DNA of 64,000 nucleotides from Candidatus Omnitrophota bacterium (GTDB lineage: Bacteria > Omnitrophota > Gorgyraeia > Zapsychrales > Fredricksoniimonadaceae): the NCBI GenBank assembly GCA_015233165.1, contig JADFYF010000002.1, positions 14,517 to 78,516 on the forward strand. Direction: 5' to 3'. The notes under the pieces are model-generated. The model made no database searches. It saw only the letters and a list, made by a program, of their open reading frames with translations, and was not told where the DNA came from. Shown one piece after another: positions 39,637-49,640 of this stretch (position 1 is the first letter of the stretch; every line of letters begins with the position of its first letter). The position numbers and the translations under genes were made by a program.

Positions 39637-40436
39637 TGTCGTTGCCGATTAGTATTATTATTATTGCCAAGAATGAGCAATTTCGTATTAAAGAATGTAT
39701 CGAAAGCGTCCATGGTTGGGCCAATGAGATTATTGTGGTTGATGATGCCAGCACGGATCAGACCAGAGAAATAGCGGCTCAATATACAAAGAAGATTTAT
39801 CAGCGTGTCATGGATTTAGAAGGCCGTCAGCGCAACTTTGGTGTAGCTCAGGCGGCTAATGATTGGGTGATGATGCTTGATTGTGATGAAAGACCGACCC
39901 CTGCATTAAAAAAAGAAATTGAAGAACTCTTCTCTCATCTTCCAGATAAGAAGGTGGCCTTCTGGATTCCCCAAATTTGTTATGTCGGTGATGTCCACAT
40001 CAAATATGGTGGCTGGTCTAATCCGCATCTACGTTTGTATCATAAGAATCATGTGCGTTGGAGTGAAGGGGAATTTGATGTGGTGCATCCTGGAATTAAG
40101 ATCGATACGGGATATACAGGTGGAAATCTTACGTACGCCTTGATTCATTATAATTATAGAAACATTGAGGATATTTTTGGTAAGGTCAACCGCATGTCCA
40201 CCCTGGAGGCTTTAAAATGGCATTTGGATGGACGCAAGATGTCCAAAGGCAAAGCCATGTGGCGTACCGTCGATCGTTTTTTCAGACGCTATATTGGTAA
40301 GAAGGGTTATAAAGATGGCTATTTAGGTTTTATTTTATCCGTTTCGAGTTCCTTGTATGAATTTCTGGCCTATAGCAAATATAGGGAGATTAAGGACAAG
40401 GGGTATTATCTGAACTATTTGAAGAAAAGAAGCTAG
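39636..40436 (+). CDS. GT2 family glycosyltransferase
   Basis: ISIIIIAKNEQ...VVDDASTDQT...DCDE (DXD). A GTG start overlaps the previous stop. Confidence 0.75.
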   Translation: MSLPISIIIIAKNEQFRIKECIESVHGWANEIIVVDDASTDQTREIAAQYTKKIYQRVMDLEGRQRNFGVAQAANDWVMMLDCDERPTPALKKEIEELFSHLPDKKVAFWIPQICYVGDVHIKYGGWSNPHLRLYHKNHVRWSEGEFDVVHPGIKIDTGYTGGNLTYALIHYNYRNIEDIFGKVNRMSTLEALKWHLDGRKMSKGKAMWRTVDRFFRRYIGKKGYKDGYLGFILSVSSSLYEFLAYSKYREIKDKGYYLNYLKKRS

Positions 40437-40439
40437 GTC

Positions 40440-41027
40440 ATGAAGATTGTTTTCTTAGACAGAGATGGTGTGATTAATCAGTATCCCGGTCATGGGGAGT
40501 ATGTCACCAGGGTCAAGGATCTTCACATTTTTCCCGAAGCCGTGATTGCGATTAAGCGTTTGAAAGACGCTCAGTACAAAGTCTTTATCATTTCAAATCA
40601 GGCCTGTATCGGGCGCGGGATTATTACTCAGGGGAAGTTAGACCAGATTACCAATAAGCTCATTCAGGCGGCGGATCGACGGGGAATTACGTTTGATGGG
40701 ATTTTCTACTGTACGCATCACCCGGATGACCAATGTTCTTGCCGTAAACCTGGTATTGGCAATATTAAGAAGGCGGTGGCGTCTGTTGGGAAAACTCTGT
40801 CATCCATTAAGGGGGCCTTCTTTGTCGGAGATACCGATAAAGACATTGAGACAGGATATAATGCCGGGTTGAAGACCATTTTAGTGGAGACCGGTCGTGA
40901 TCGTTATAAGCATGTTAAATGGGGAGAAAATAAACCTCATTTTGTTGTTCAAGATTTAGAAGCAGCAGCGGAGATTATTCTTAATGAAAATTCTGGTCAT
41001 TCACGCCACCGCCGGAGCAGGGCATAA
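40440..41027 (+). CDS. gmhB: D,D-heptose 1,7-bisphosphate phosphatase (HAD-type)
   Basis: VFLDRDGVIN HAD motif I, and a zinc-binding Cys cluster CTHHPDDQCSCRKP typical of GmhB. Confidence 0.75.
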   Translation: MKIVFLDRDGVINQYPGHGEYVTRVKDLHIFPEAVIAIKRLKDAQYKVFIISNQACIGRGIITQGKLDQITNKLIQAADRRGITFDGIFYCTHHPDDQCSCRKPGIGNIKKAVASVGKTLSSIKGAFFVGDTDKDIETGYNAGLKTILVETGRDRYKHVKWGENKPHFVVQDLEAAAEIILNENSGHSRHRRSRA

Positions 41028-41745
41028 GAAAGCAGCGGAAGCTGTTTACAATGGCCTGTGCGCGCATACCACCCATCAGGTTACGTTAGTCGATTCGCTG
41101 GACTACACTAATCCTCTTTTTAAGGCAGCCTATCCCTGGTCCTACGTTTTTATGGTGACCAAGCTTCCCACCTTATGGCAATTCTTGTTTTGGCTTCTGG
41201 ATATTCCTTGTCTGCAGCCCTTGGTGCGTTTCGTTCGTCGCTGTTATAACGGGATCAATACTCAGCCTTTAGAAAGATTCTTAAAGGAGGAGAAGTTTGA
41301 TTGTATTATTACAACCCATTTCATGTCGGCAGAGGTAGCTGCTTATCTGAAACGTTCAGGACAGATTTCATCGAAGATCATCTGTGTGGTGACGGATTTT
41401 GATGTGCATCATATTTGGATCAACCAGGGAATAGATCTTTTTACGGCGGCTTCGGATTTTACAAAGAAGAAAATTATGAGTCTTGGTATTAGTCTAGACA
41501 GGGTGTTTGTGACGGGAATTCCGACGGATGAGAAATTTTCTGTTGAAACAGATCGTCGCCAGATGCGCCAGGCATTGAAGATTAATCCGGACATGTTCAC
41601 CGTCCTTTTGGCCACCGGGTCTTTTGGGATCGGCCCCATCGAAGAACTGATTGATCTTCTCGGAGGCTATCAGCTGCTGGTTGTTTGTGGTCACAACAAG
41701 TCTCTCTATGAACGGCTTAAGGTTAAGGGAAGGTGCATATCTTAG
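40984..41745 (+). CDS. GT28/MGDG-synthase-family glycosyltransferase, N-terminal domain portion. It ends at a frame change.
   Basis: KILVIHATAGAGHKKAAEAV resembles the MGDG_synth/UgtP N-terminus. The reading frame terminates at 41745, while the C-terminal domain continues in another frame from 41733. Confidence 0.6.
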   Translation: MKILVIHATAGAGHKKAAEAVYNGLCAHTTHQVTLVDSLDYTNPLFKAAYPWSYVFMVTKLPTLWQFLFWLLDIPCLQPLVRFVRRCYNGINTQPLERFLKEEKFDCIITTHFMSAEVAAYLKRSGQISSKIICVVTDFDVHHIWINQGIDLFTAASDFTKKKIMSLGISLDRVFVTGIPTDEKFSVETDRRQMRQALKINPDMFTVLLATGSFGIGPIEELIDLLGGYQLLVVCGHNKSLYERLKVKGRCIS

Positions 41746-42059
41746 GGCTGGTTCATAATATGCCTGAGCTGATGGCTGCTTCCGACGTGATGGTGACAAA
41801 ACCCGGCGGACTTTCTATTGCGGAATCCTTGGTGAAGAAATTACCGTTGGTTTTCTTTAGCGCTATCCCCGGCCAGGAAACAGGGAATATCAAGGTCTTG
41901 AAATCCTACGAAGTAGCCACGGATCAGGGAGATTTAAAAGAGATCGTTCAGAAGGTGGATGACTTAAATGCGAACCCCGAAACGTGCGAACGTCTGCGTC
42001 AGAAGATAGAACTCCTTTCCAAACCTAATGCTGTTAAAGATATTATTAAATTACTGTGA
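41733..42059 (+). pseudogene. C-terminal (Glyco_tran_28_C-like) portion of the same glycosyltransferase in a different frame. Either a frameshifted gene or a genuinely split two-subunit GT.
   Basis: HILGLVHNMPELMAASDVMVTKPGGLSIAESL matches the GT28 C-terminal region. The frame opens right after a TAA at 41724 and begins at GTG 41733, inside a gggaagg run. Confidence 0.55.
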
Positions 42060-43807
42060 TCGCCCAAGTTGCTTTTGACCTTCCTTTAGCAGAACCCTTT
42101 GATTATATCATTCCTCCGTCGTTGGAGAATCGAGTCAGTGCTGGTATGCGTGTCGAGGTTCTTTTGGGTTCCAGGAAACGGATTGGTCTTGTGACAGGGC
42201 TATTGAATCACAGCAGCGTCGATCAATTAAAGTCTCTTCGGATCACTCTGGATAAGACCCCCTTGTTAGATGCCGCTCAGATGGCGCTCGGGTATCAATT
42301 GAGCGCTTACTATGGCTGTTCCTTGGGAGAGGCTTTGTTTACCATCGTCCGTGGTTGTGAGAAAGATCAGGTCGGGCCACCCGTTCTTAAGAAATCCTCA
42401 TCGGTATTGAATCTTTACTTTGTTCCCTCCGGTCAGTATGAAGCTGTTCTGGCGTCCTTGATCAAACCCTGGGCAGAGAAAAAGCAAAGGGTTCTTGTTC
42501 TTGTTGCGGATCAGTATATCGCCTCCTCGGTGGAAGGTTTGCTTAAGAAGTATTTTACCTCTTGGGATTATGTCATCGGCACGCGCTCCTCGGTGTTTCG
42601 TTCTCTTTCTGACATTGGCCTGGTGATGATGGTGGATGAAGATAATCCTTCCTTCAAGCAGGAACAGACGCCGATGTATGAGACGCGTGATGTGTTGTTG
42701 ATGCGCGCCAAGATTGAAGCGATCGAAGTCGCCTTTGTGAGTACGACTCCGACGGTGGAAATGATGCATCTGGTTGATCAGAAACAGGTGAAGCTAAAGG
42801 AGCATCCCCTTAAAGATACGGTGAAGCTGCAGATGGTGGATTTGAATAATTACAAGATTATGCTCCGGGGAATTTTGTCGCCGGCGCTTCTGTCTCCCTT
42901 GGAAAGCAATCTGGCTCAGAAGCGCAAAACGATTCTGGTATTTAATCATCGCGGCTCCTATGCCATGACCCGCTGCGCATGCGGTTTTGTTCTGAAATGT
43001 CAGCGTTGTGAAAGCCCTATGCTGCACTCGAAGGTCAAGAAACAGTATCTGTGTCGTCATTGTAATTTTCAATTGTCGTCGGATATTCTGTGTCCTTCCT
43101 GTCATAAGAAACCTGTAAAGGGCAAATCCAGCTGGCAGTCCTTTGGATTTGGGATCGAGCAGTTGCAGAAGGCTTTGCAGGATAAATATCCTACCGCGAG
43201 AATTGAAACCTTTGAACGAGGAGCCCAAGAGGTTCTTAAGGATTGGGATATCTTAATTGGCACCGTCGCGCTTCTAAGATTTAAGAATCAGTTGAAAGCG
43301 GAGCTCGTAGCTTTCTTGGATATCGACAGTGAGTTGAATCGGATGGATATGCGTTCTTGTTTTCGCGCCTTTAGTATGGTTCAGCATTTAAGAGTGATGG
43401 CGCAGAAGCAAGTTTTGATTCAGAGTCGTCAGATGGACCACTATGTGATTCGTTCCTTACGGGAAGATAATCGCGCTATTTTTTATCAGGAGGATATGAA
43501 AATCCGACGGGAACTGGGGTTTTCTCCATTTGCCCATCAGGTTGGTATCTATTTTAGGGGAGCAGATCCGACGGAGGTTGAAAAAGCCGCTCAGGGGGTG
43601 TATCAGAAGCTTGCTCAGAACAAGTCTTCAGATGAGCAGATTCATGCGCCATCAACCGAGGGAGTGGTCAATAAACGAGGACAGTATCGCTTGAATATTC
43701 TGCTGCAAGGGGCAGATGTTGTTGCTATGATAGCGTTCATTAAGCAGGTTTTAAAGTCCATCAAGCGTCAGGCGAAGGTCATCATAACTTTTAATGTGGA
43801 TCCATAG
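42056..43807 (+). CDS. priA: PriA-like primosomal protein with degenerate helicase motifs
   Basis: PriA-like N-terminus (VAFDLPLAEPFDYIIP) and a C4-C4 zinc region (CACGFVLKCQRCES...CRHCN...CPSCH). Walker A is replaced by FVPSGQYEA. The DEAH box reads VDEDNPSFKQ. Confidence 0.6.
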   Translation: MIAQVAFDLPLAEPFDYIIPPSLENRVSAGMRVEVLLGSRKRIGLVTGLLNHSSVDQLKSLRITLDKTPLLDAAQMALGYQLSAYYGCSLGEALFTIVRGCEKDQVGPPVLKKSSSVLNLYFVPSGQYEAVLASLIKPWAEKKQRVLVLVADQYIASSVEGLLKKYFTSWDYVIGTRSSVFRSLSDIGLVMMVDEDNPSFKQEQTPMYETRDVLLMRAKIEAIEVAFVSTTPTVEMMHLVDQKQVKLKEHPLKDTVKLQMVDLNNYKIMLRGILSPALLSPLESNLAQKRKTILVFNHRGSYAMTRCACGFVLKCQRCESPMLHSKVKKQYLCRHCNFQLSSDILCPSCHKKPVKGKSSWQSFGFGIEQLQKALQDKYPTARIETFERGAQEVLKDWDILIGTVALLRFKNQLKAELVAFLDIDSELNRMDMRSCFRAFSMVQHLRVMAQKQVLIQSRQMDHYVIRSLREDNRAIFYQEDMKIRRELGFSPFAHQVGIYFRGADPTEVEKAAQGVYQKLAQNKSSDEQIHAPSTEGVVNKRGQYRLNILLQGADVVAMIAFIKQVLKSIKRQAKVIITFNVDP

Positions 43808-43867
43808 AGGGTATTATTTAGGAAACCTTAAATTGACCAGCAGATATTTGTAGGATATACTCCCGTT

Positions 43868-44107
43868 ATGAGCATTAAAAATTATATTACAACTGACCCC
43901 CAAATTTGCCATGGCAAGCCGTGTTTTAAAGATACCCGTATTATGGTGTATCTTGTTTTGGAAATGCTTGCTGATGGTGAGACTTCCGATAGTATTATTA
44001 AAAATGCCTACCCCAAGCTAAGTAAGAAACATATTGAAGCAGCTTTGCATTATGCAGCTCAGATGGCCAAAGCTGGTCATATGGTTGAGACCCATGCAAT
44101 TTCTTAG
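43868..44107 (+). CDS. DUF433 family protein (antitoxin-like partner of PIN-like DUF5615)
   Basis: ITTDPQICHGKPCFKDTRIMV...IEAALHYAA is the canonical DUF433 pattern. Confidence 0.8.
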   Translation: MSIKNYITTDPQICHGKPCFKDTRIMVYLVLEMLADGETSDSIIKNAYPKLSKKHIEAALHYAAQMAKAGHMVETHAIS

Positions 44108-44435
44108 TGATGAAAATTTCCGTTTAGATGTTGTTGAATATCTTGAGAATCAGGGACATGACGTTAAGAAAGTTTCTCGACGATCTTCCGATAGCAATGT
44201 CGCTTCTTTAGCCAAAAAAGAAAAACGCATCCTTTTGACTAATGATTCTGATTTTGCAAACACGTTAAGATTTAAACCTAAAGATTATTACGGGATTTTG
44301 GTTTTTCGTATCCATTCGCCTCGATTCCATAAATTTAAAGAGACCTTGGAAGAGTTCTTGGCCATATATGGTTCAAGCTTAATTAAAGGTAAGTTGTTTA
44401 TTATAGATGGCTCTACCTTCTTGGAGATTGAATAA
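44094..44435 (+). CDS. DUF5615 family PIN-like protein
   Basis: Starts MQFLSDENF, overlapping the DUF433 stop by 14 nt. LLTNDSDF acidic motif typical of DUF5615. Confidence 0.75.
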   Translation: MQFLSDENFRLDVVEYLENQGHDVKKVSRRSSDSNVASLAKKEKRILLTNDSDFANTLRFKPKDYYGILVFRIHSPRFHKFKETLEEFLAIYGSSLIKGKLFIIDGSTFLEIE

Positions 44436-44439
44436 TAAA

Positions 44440-45363
44440 ATGCGTATTGTTTTTTTTGGTAGTGATGATTTTGCTGCGGTCTGTTTAAAGGAGCTTCTTC
44501 AGAGTTCTCATACCGTCGTCGGCTGTGTCACCGGACCTGATAAACGTCAGGGACGCGGGATGCAGCTGGCGCTGTCTCCTATAAAAGAAATCGCCTTGGC
44601 GCATGAGATCAGCTGTCTTCAGCCGGAGTCTTTGAAGCTGGATTCTATTCAGGAGCAACTCAAGGTTTTTGCAGCGGATATTTTTGTCGTCGTCGCCTAT
44701 GGTCGCCTTCTTCCTCAAGCGGTGTTGGATATCCCTAAGTTCTTTTGCATTAATATTCATGGCTCCTTACTTCCTCAATACCGAGGAGCAGCTCCGGTTA
44801 ATTGGGCGATTATCAATGGAGACAGACAGACGGGGGTGACGATTCAAAAGATGATTTTTGAATTAGATGCGGGGGATGTGATCTCCCAGGAAGTCATGCC
44901 GTTGTCTGAAGGGATCACTTCCGAAGAATTGCGTCTGCAGATGGCAGAGGTGGGAGCAAAGCTGTTAGTCAAGACCCTCGATGCTATTGCCAGCAACAGG
45001 TATACGTGTACACCTCAGGATAAGTCTAAGATATCCTATGCGACTAAGTTAACAAAGGAGTTGGGCCATATTGCCTGGGACAAATCAGCGACTGAGATTG
45101 AACGGCTGATTCGTGGTCTGAAACCCTGGCCTGGAACCTTCACCCACTTCAAAGGCAAGGGACTTAAGATTTTGGAAGCAACGGTTGTTCCAATTCAGGG
45201 TTCAGCAGGAACAGTTTTGGATATCAGCAAGGAAGGTTTTGTCGTCGCCTGCGCTCAGGATGCTCTGTTAGTCAAGCGCGTTCATTTAGAAGCCTCCAAA
45301 CCCGTGTCGGCCTATGATTTTGTTCAGGGACATCGGCTAGCTGTTGGAGATCAGTTAAATTAG
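44440..45363 (+). CDS. fmt: Methionyl-tRNA formyltransferase
   Basis: MRIVFFGSDDFA, NIHGSLLPQYRGAAPVNWAIING. C-terminal Fmt domain. Confidence 0.9.
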   Translation: MRIVFFGSDDFAAVCLKELLQSSHTVVGCVTGPDKRQGRGMQLALSPIKEIALAHEISCLQPESLKLDSIQEQLKVFAADIFVVVAYGRLLPQAVLDIPKFFCINIHGSLLPQYRGAAPVNWAIINGDRQTGVTIQKMIFELDAGDVISQEVMPLSEGITSEELRLQMAEVGAKLLVKTLDAIASNRYTCTPQDKSKISYATKLTKELGHIAWDKSATEIERLIRGLKPWPGTFTHFKGKGLKILEATVVPIQGSAGTVLDISKEGFVVACAQDALLVKRVHLEASKPVSAYDFVQGHRLAVGDQLN

Positions 45364-45366
45364 GAC

Positions 45367-45433
45367 AAATTAGGGACAGCGCCCTATTTTCATTGAATAA
45401 TAAATATAAAAAATAGGGCGCTGTCCCTAATTT
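45367..45433. terminator. Perfect 24-bp inverted repeat AAATTAGGGACAGCGCCCTATTTT / AAAATAGGGCGCTGTCCCTAATTT with a 19-nt A/T-rich loop
   Basis: Read directly between fmt and the GalT-like gene. Each arm is also internally self-complementary (TAGGG...CCCTA). Confidence 0.5.
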
Positions 45434-45450
45434 AATATATAATTGCCACT

Positions 45451-46437
45451 ATGCCTCAAATACGAAAAGATTTAATTGTTTCTCGATGGGTGATTGTAGC
45501 GACGGAACGCGCACGGCGTCCGGCTGCTTTTGTTGATCCTGTTAAGCATTCTACGGATTCTGCTCATTGTCCTTTTTGCAAACCTTCTGCGGAACAGCCC
45601 TTGTTAACGAATGGCCAGGTGAAGGTTTTTAAAAGCGGGACCCCTTTCTTCTCGGATGCGCAACCTTTTAATCGTCAGAAACATGGCCTCTATGAAACAT
45701 CTCCTAGCTGGGGAAGTCATGAAGTTGTCGTCGAAAGCCCTGATCACATTGCCAATATGGCCGATCTGCCCTTGGAGGATATTCAGAAGGTTTTTGAAAC
45801 GTATGCTAAGCGCATGGAGATTCATCATAAAGATCACACGATCCGTTATGTGTTGGCTTATAAGAATTACGGTGTTGCTGCCGGTAGCCGTCCGATTGGT
45901 CATGCGCGTTCGCAAATCATGGCTGTTCCCGTCAATCCCATTCGAGTCAAAGATAAGATTACCGGAGCTAAACGCTATTTTGATTTTCATGAACGATGTT
46001 TATTTTGTGACCTGATTCAACAGGAACGCAAGGACTCTTCCCGGGTGATTTTAGAAAACAGGGAGTTCATAGCGATGACACCCTTTGCTTCACGCTTTCC
46101 TTTCGAAGTTTGGGTTATCCCTAAGCGTCATTCTTGTAATTTCGCCCAGGGGATTGCGGGTAATGAGAATCAGTTGGCTCAGATTATGAAGGAGCTTTTG
46201 TTGCGTTTTAAGGTCGGGCTTAAAGATCCTGCGTATAATTATGTGATTCAATCCGCTCCTTTTGAAAATGGGGGAGGGTATAAACGTTATCCGACCATTG
46301 AAGAAGATTACCACTGGCATATTGAATTAACACCTCGTTTAACCCGTGTGGCTGGTTTTGAGAGGGGAACAGGTTTTTATATTAATCCTATCCCGCCTGA
46401 GAAAACAGCGGAGTTTTTAAGGGAAATCAAAATTTAA
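45451..46437 (+). CDS. GalT-family (HIT superfamily) protein, paralogue 1. The predicted nucleophile His is replaced by Arg.
   Basis: CPFC zinc motif is present. The active-site region reads IGHARSQIMAV where GalT has HPHGQ. Confidence 0.65.
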   Translation: MPQIRKDLIVSRWVIVATERARRPAAFVDPVKHSTDSAHCPFCKPSAEQPLLTNGQVKVFKSGTPFFSDAQPFNRQKHGLYETSPSWGSHEVVVESPDHIANMADLPLEDIQKVFETYAKRMEIHHKDHTIRYVLAYKNYGVAAGSRPIGHARSQIMAVPVNPIRVKDKITGAKRYFDFHERCLFCDLIQQERKDSSRVILENREFIAMTPFASRFPFEVWVIPKRHSCNFAQGIAGNENQLAQIMKELLLRFKVGLKDPAYNYVIQSAPFENGGGYKRYPTIEEDYHWHIELTPRLTRVAGFERGTGFYINPIPPEKTAEFLREIKI

Positions 46438-47429
46438 TGTCTCAACTGCGTCGTGACCCTATTGTTGGTCGTTGGGTGGTTATTGATAATGACCATCCTT
46501 TGGTACCTAAGGATTTTTCTAAGGAAGATCATTCTCTGCATCAGAAGGCAACTTGTCCATTTTGTCCTGGTCGTGAAAATCGCACCCCCCCTGAAGTGGA
46601 TGCTATCCGTTTAAATGGGGCAACAGGTATTTCTGATTGGAAGCTCCGAACGGTTCCCAATAAGTTTCCAGCTCTCCTCAAAGAAGAGGTTATGGAAAAG
46701 AAAGCCCTGGGGATGTTTGATGTGATCTCCGGACATGGGGCCCATGAGGTTGTGATTGAAACGAATGATCACGCCAAACAGATGGCAGATTTCAGCGTTT
46801 CTGAGATGATTCTGGTTCTTAATCAGTATCAGCGTCGTTATAAGGTCTTGGCGGCGGATCATGCTTTTAAATACATTGTGATTTTTAAGAATTTTGGAAC
46901 TTCTGCAGGGGCAACCATTGAACATAGCCATTCTCAGGTTATTGCTCTGCCCATGGTTCCTAAATCTGTTTTGGAAGAAATTCAAGGGGCTGAAGTCTAT
47001 CATTCTGCCCATGGTGGTTGTGTCTTTTGCTCGATGCTGCAGCAAGAGTATCAGGATAGGGATCGTTTGATTTCAGAGAATAATACCTTTGTGAGCTTTT
47101 GTCCTTTTGCACCGCGCTATGCCTTTGAAACATGGATTATGCCTAAGGAGCATCAGGCGCATTTTGTGGATTTAGATGAGGGGGGTATTGGTGACCTGGC
47201 ACATCAGCTGTTAGATATGCTGAATCGAATGAAGAGATGTCTTTCTAATCCTTCTTATAATTTTTATCTGCATACGGCCCCTATTAAGTACGGTCGTGCG
47301 AATTGCTATCATTGGCATATTGAAATTATCCCCAAGTTGACCCGCAGCATTGGTTTTGAGTGGGGTACAGGTCTGCAGATTGTTCCTACCTTCCCTCATG
47401 AAGCCGCCCGCTTTTTAAGAGATAGTTAA
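46437..47429 (+). CDS. Galactose-1-phosphate uridylyltransferase-like protein, paralogue 2 (HxHxQ intact)
   Basis: CPFCPGRE zinc motif and EHSHSQVIAL (HxHxQ). Its start overlaps the previous stop (ATGT). Confidence 0.7.
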   Translation: MSQLRRDPIVGRWVVIDNDHPLVPKDFSKEDHSLHQKATCPFCPGRENRTPPEVDAIRLNGATGISDWKLRTVPNKFPALLKEEVMEKKALGMFDVISGHGAHEVVIETNDHAKQMADFSVSEMILVLNQYQRRYKVLAADHAFKYIVIFKNFGTSAGATIEHSHSQVIALPMVPKSVLEEIQGAEVYHSAHGGCVFCSMLQQEYQDRDRLISENNTFVSFCPFAPRYAFETWIMPKEHQAHFVDLDEGGIGDLAHQLLDMLNRMKRCLSNPSYNFYLHTAPIKYGRANCYHWHIEIIPKLTRSIGFEWGTGLQIVPTFPHEAARFLRDS

Positions 47430-47434
47430 AGCTA

Positions 47435-47463
47435 TTGACAAAAAAGGTCGAGGATATTATTGT
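47435..47463 (+). promoter_or_regulatory. Putative sigma70 promoter for gap (TTGACA, 17 bp spacer, TATTGT)
   Basis: Hexamers read directly, about 90 nt upstream of the gap ATG. Confidence 0.3.
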
Positions 47464-47532
47464 ATTTTTTCTTTCAACCTTTATGAAGTCCCCTGTGACG
47501 GGATTTAAGCAGGATTTAGTATTAACGATTAA

Positions 47533-48611
<1,079 letters not shown>

Positions 48612-48612
<1 letters not shown>

Positions 48613-48974
48613 TGGCGATTAAGAAAGAATACGTTTGGCAAAAACAGTCGATAGCCTCAGATTTAGAGGTTATCGACTGTTTAGTTTATGATCCTATTTC
48701 TGATTTTCGGATGGATCCGTCGGGATGTTATGTTTTAATCCGTCCCTTAATCAAGGAACAGATCATTGAAGTTGCCATTTGCGATAAGAAACATGTGATC
48801 ATTAAGGTATTTAGAGGGAAGAAGTCCCAGGACGTCTATCACGGCATCTTTACATATGAGAAGAAACACAAGGTGGAATGGTTTAAGAGCAAGCATCACA
48901 TCGCCTATCTGGGTAAGGAATTAAAGAAGGCAGAGTGGGCTTTAAGGGGGCAAGACGAGTATTGGCAGGAATAA
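48612..48974 (+). CDS. Hypothetical protein
   Basis: 120 aa. Its start overlaps the gap stop (ATAATGG). No motif recognised. Confidence 0.35.
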
Positions 48975-49013
48975 AGCATTGACTAATAGCATCTTTTATG
49001 GAGAATACAGCTC

Positions 49014-49508
49014 ATGTTAACACTATTCATTCTAAGTTTTGGAATTCTTTCCCGCATCGTGGTGCACACGCCTAACTTTACGCCCGTGTTAGCCTTGGCT
49101 TTATTTGGTGGTATGTATTTGAAAGGTCGTCAGGGAATTTGGGTGCCCTTGGTGTTGATGGCTATCAGTGATGTTGTCCTGGGATGGCATGACACCATGG
49201 TTTATACCTGGGGAAGTATTCTTCTGATTAGTCTGATGGGACTTTGGCTGAAAGAACATAAGAGCTGGGTGAATGTTGCTTTGGGAAGTCTTTTATCCTC
49301 GGTAGTTTTCTTTGTGATCACTAATTTTGGTGCTTATTTAAGTTTATATCCGCATACCTTAGCTGGTTTGCAGGAATGTTATATTGCTGCTATCCCATTT
49401 TATAGAAGCACCTTGGTTTCAACGTTGGCGTATAGTTTAGTTTTGTTCTCTATCTGGGAAATTTTGTTATCCCGTCGAGAGAATCCGTTTTTAATGAAGA
49501 TGTTATAA
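49014..49508 (+). CDS. Small integral membrane protein (4-5 TM), family not assigned
   Basis: Hydrophobicity pattern only. Confidence 0.4.
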   Translation: MLTLFILSFGILSRIVVHTPNFTPVLALALFGGMYLKGRQGIWVPLVLMAISDVVLGWHDTMVYTWGSILLISLMGLWLKEHKSWVNVALGSLLSSVVFFVITNFGAYLSLYPHTLAGLQECYIAAIPFYRSTLVSTLAYSLVLFSIWEILLSRRENPFLMKML

Positions 49509-49519
49509 AATAGTATATC

Positions 49520-49640
49520 TATCGGGGGAACATCCGTTTAAATCGGAGACAGTCCCGCTGCGGTGATCCTGCGAAGCTGCCGAATGAAAATTCTGCAGCG
49601 AAGCAGGAAAGTCCGAATGCCTGATGGATATTTCATAGCA
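49520..49640 (+). promoter_or_regulatory. Probable cobalamin (B12) riboswitch aptamer in the leader of the TonB-dependent receptor gene
   Basis: GGGAA at 49526. The hairpin CCGTTTAAATCGG followed by CCCGCTGCGGTGA resembles the btuB leader. The B12-box-like AAGTCCGAATGCCTGATGG at 49609-49628 matches E. coli btuB AAGCCCGAAGACCTGCCGG at about 14 of 18 positions. It lies in a 300-nt leader before a BtuB-like receptor. Confidence 0.5.

Noticed and set aside
42398-43228. Two - strand ORFs (123 and 144 aa) inside the PriA-like gene
   Set aside because: Antisense to a gene with PriA-specific zinc-finger cysteines. Arg/His-rich composition typical of antisense artefacts.
45604-46320. ORFs 45604-45990 (-), 45656-46015 (+) and 46090-46320 (-) within GalT-like gene 1
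   Set aside because: They overlap a gene with conserved CPFC and HIT-like motifs. No RBS or family signature.
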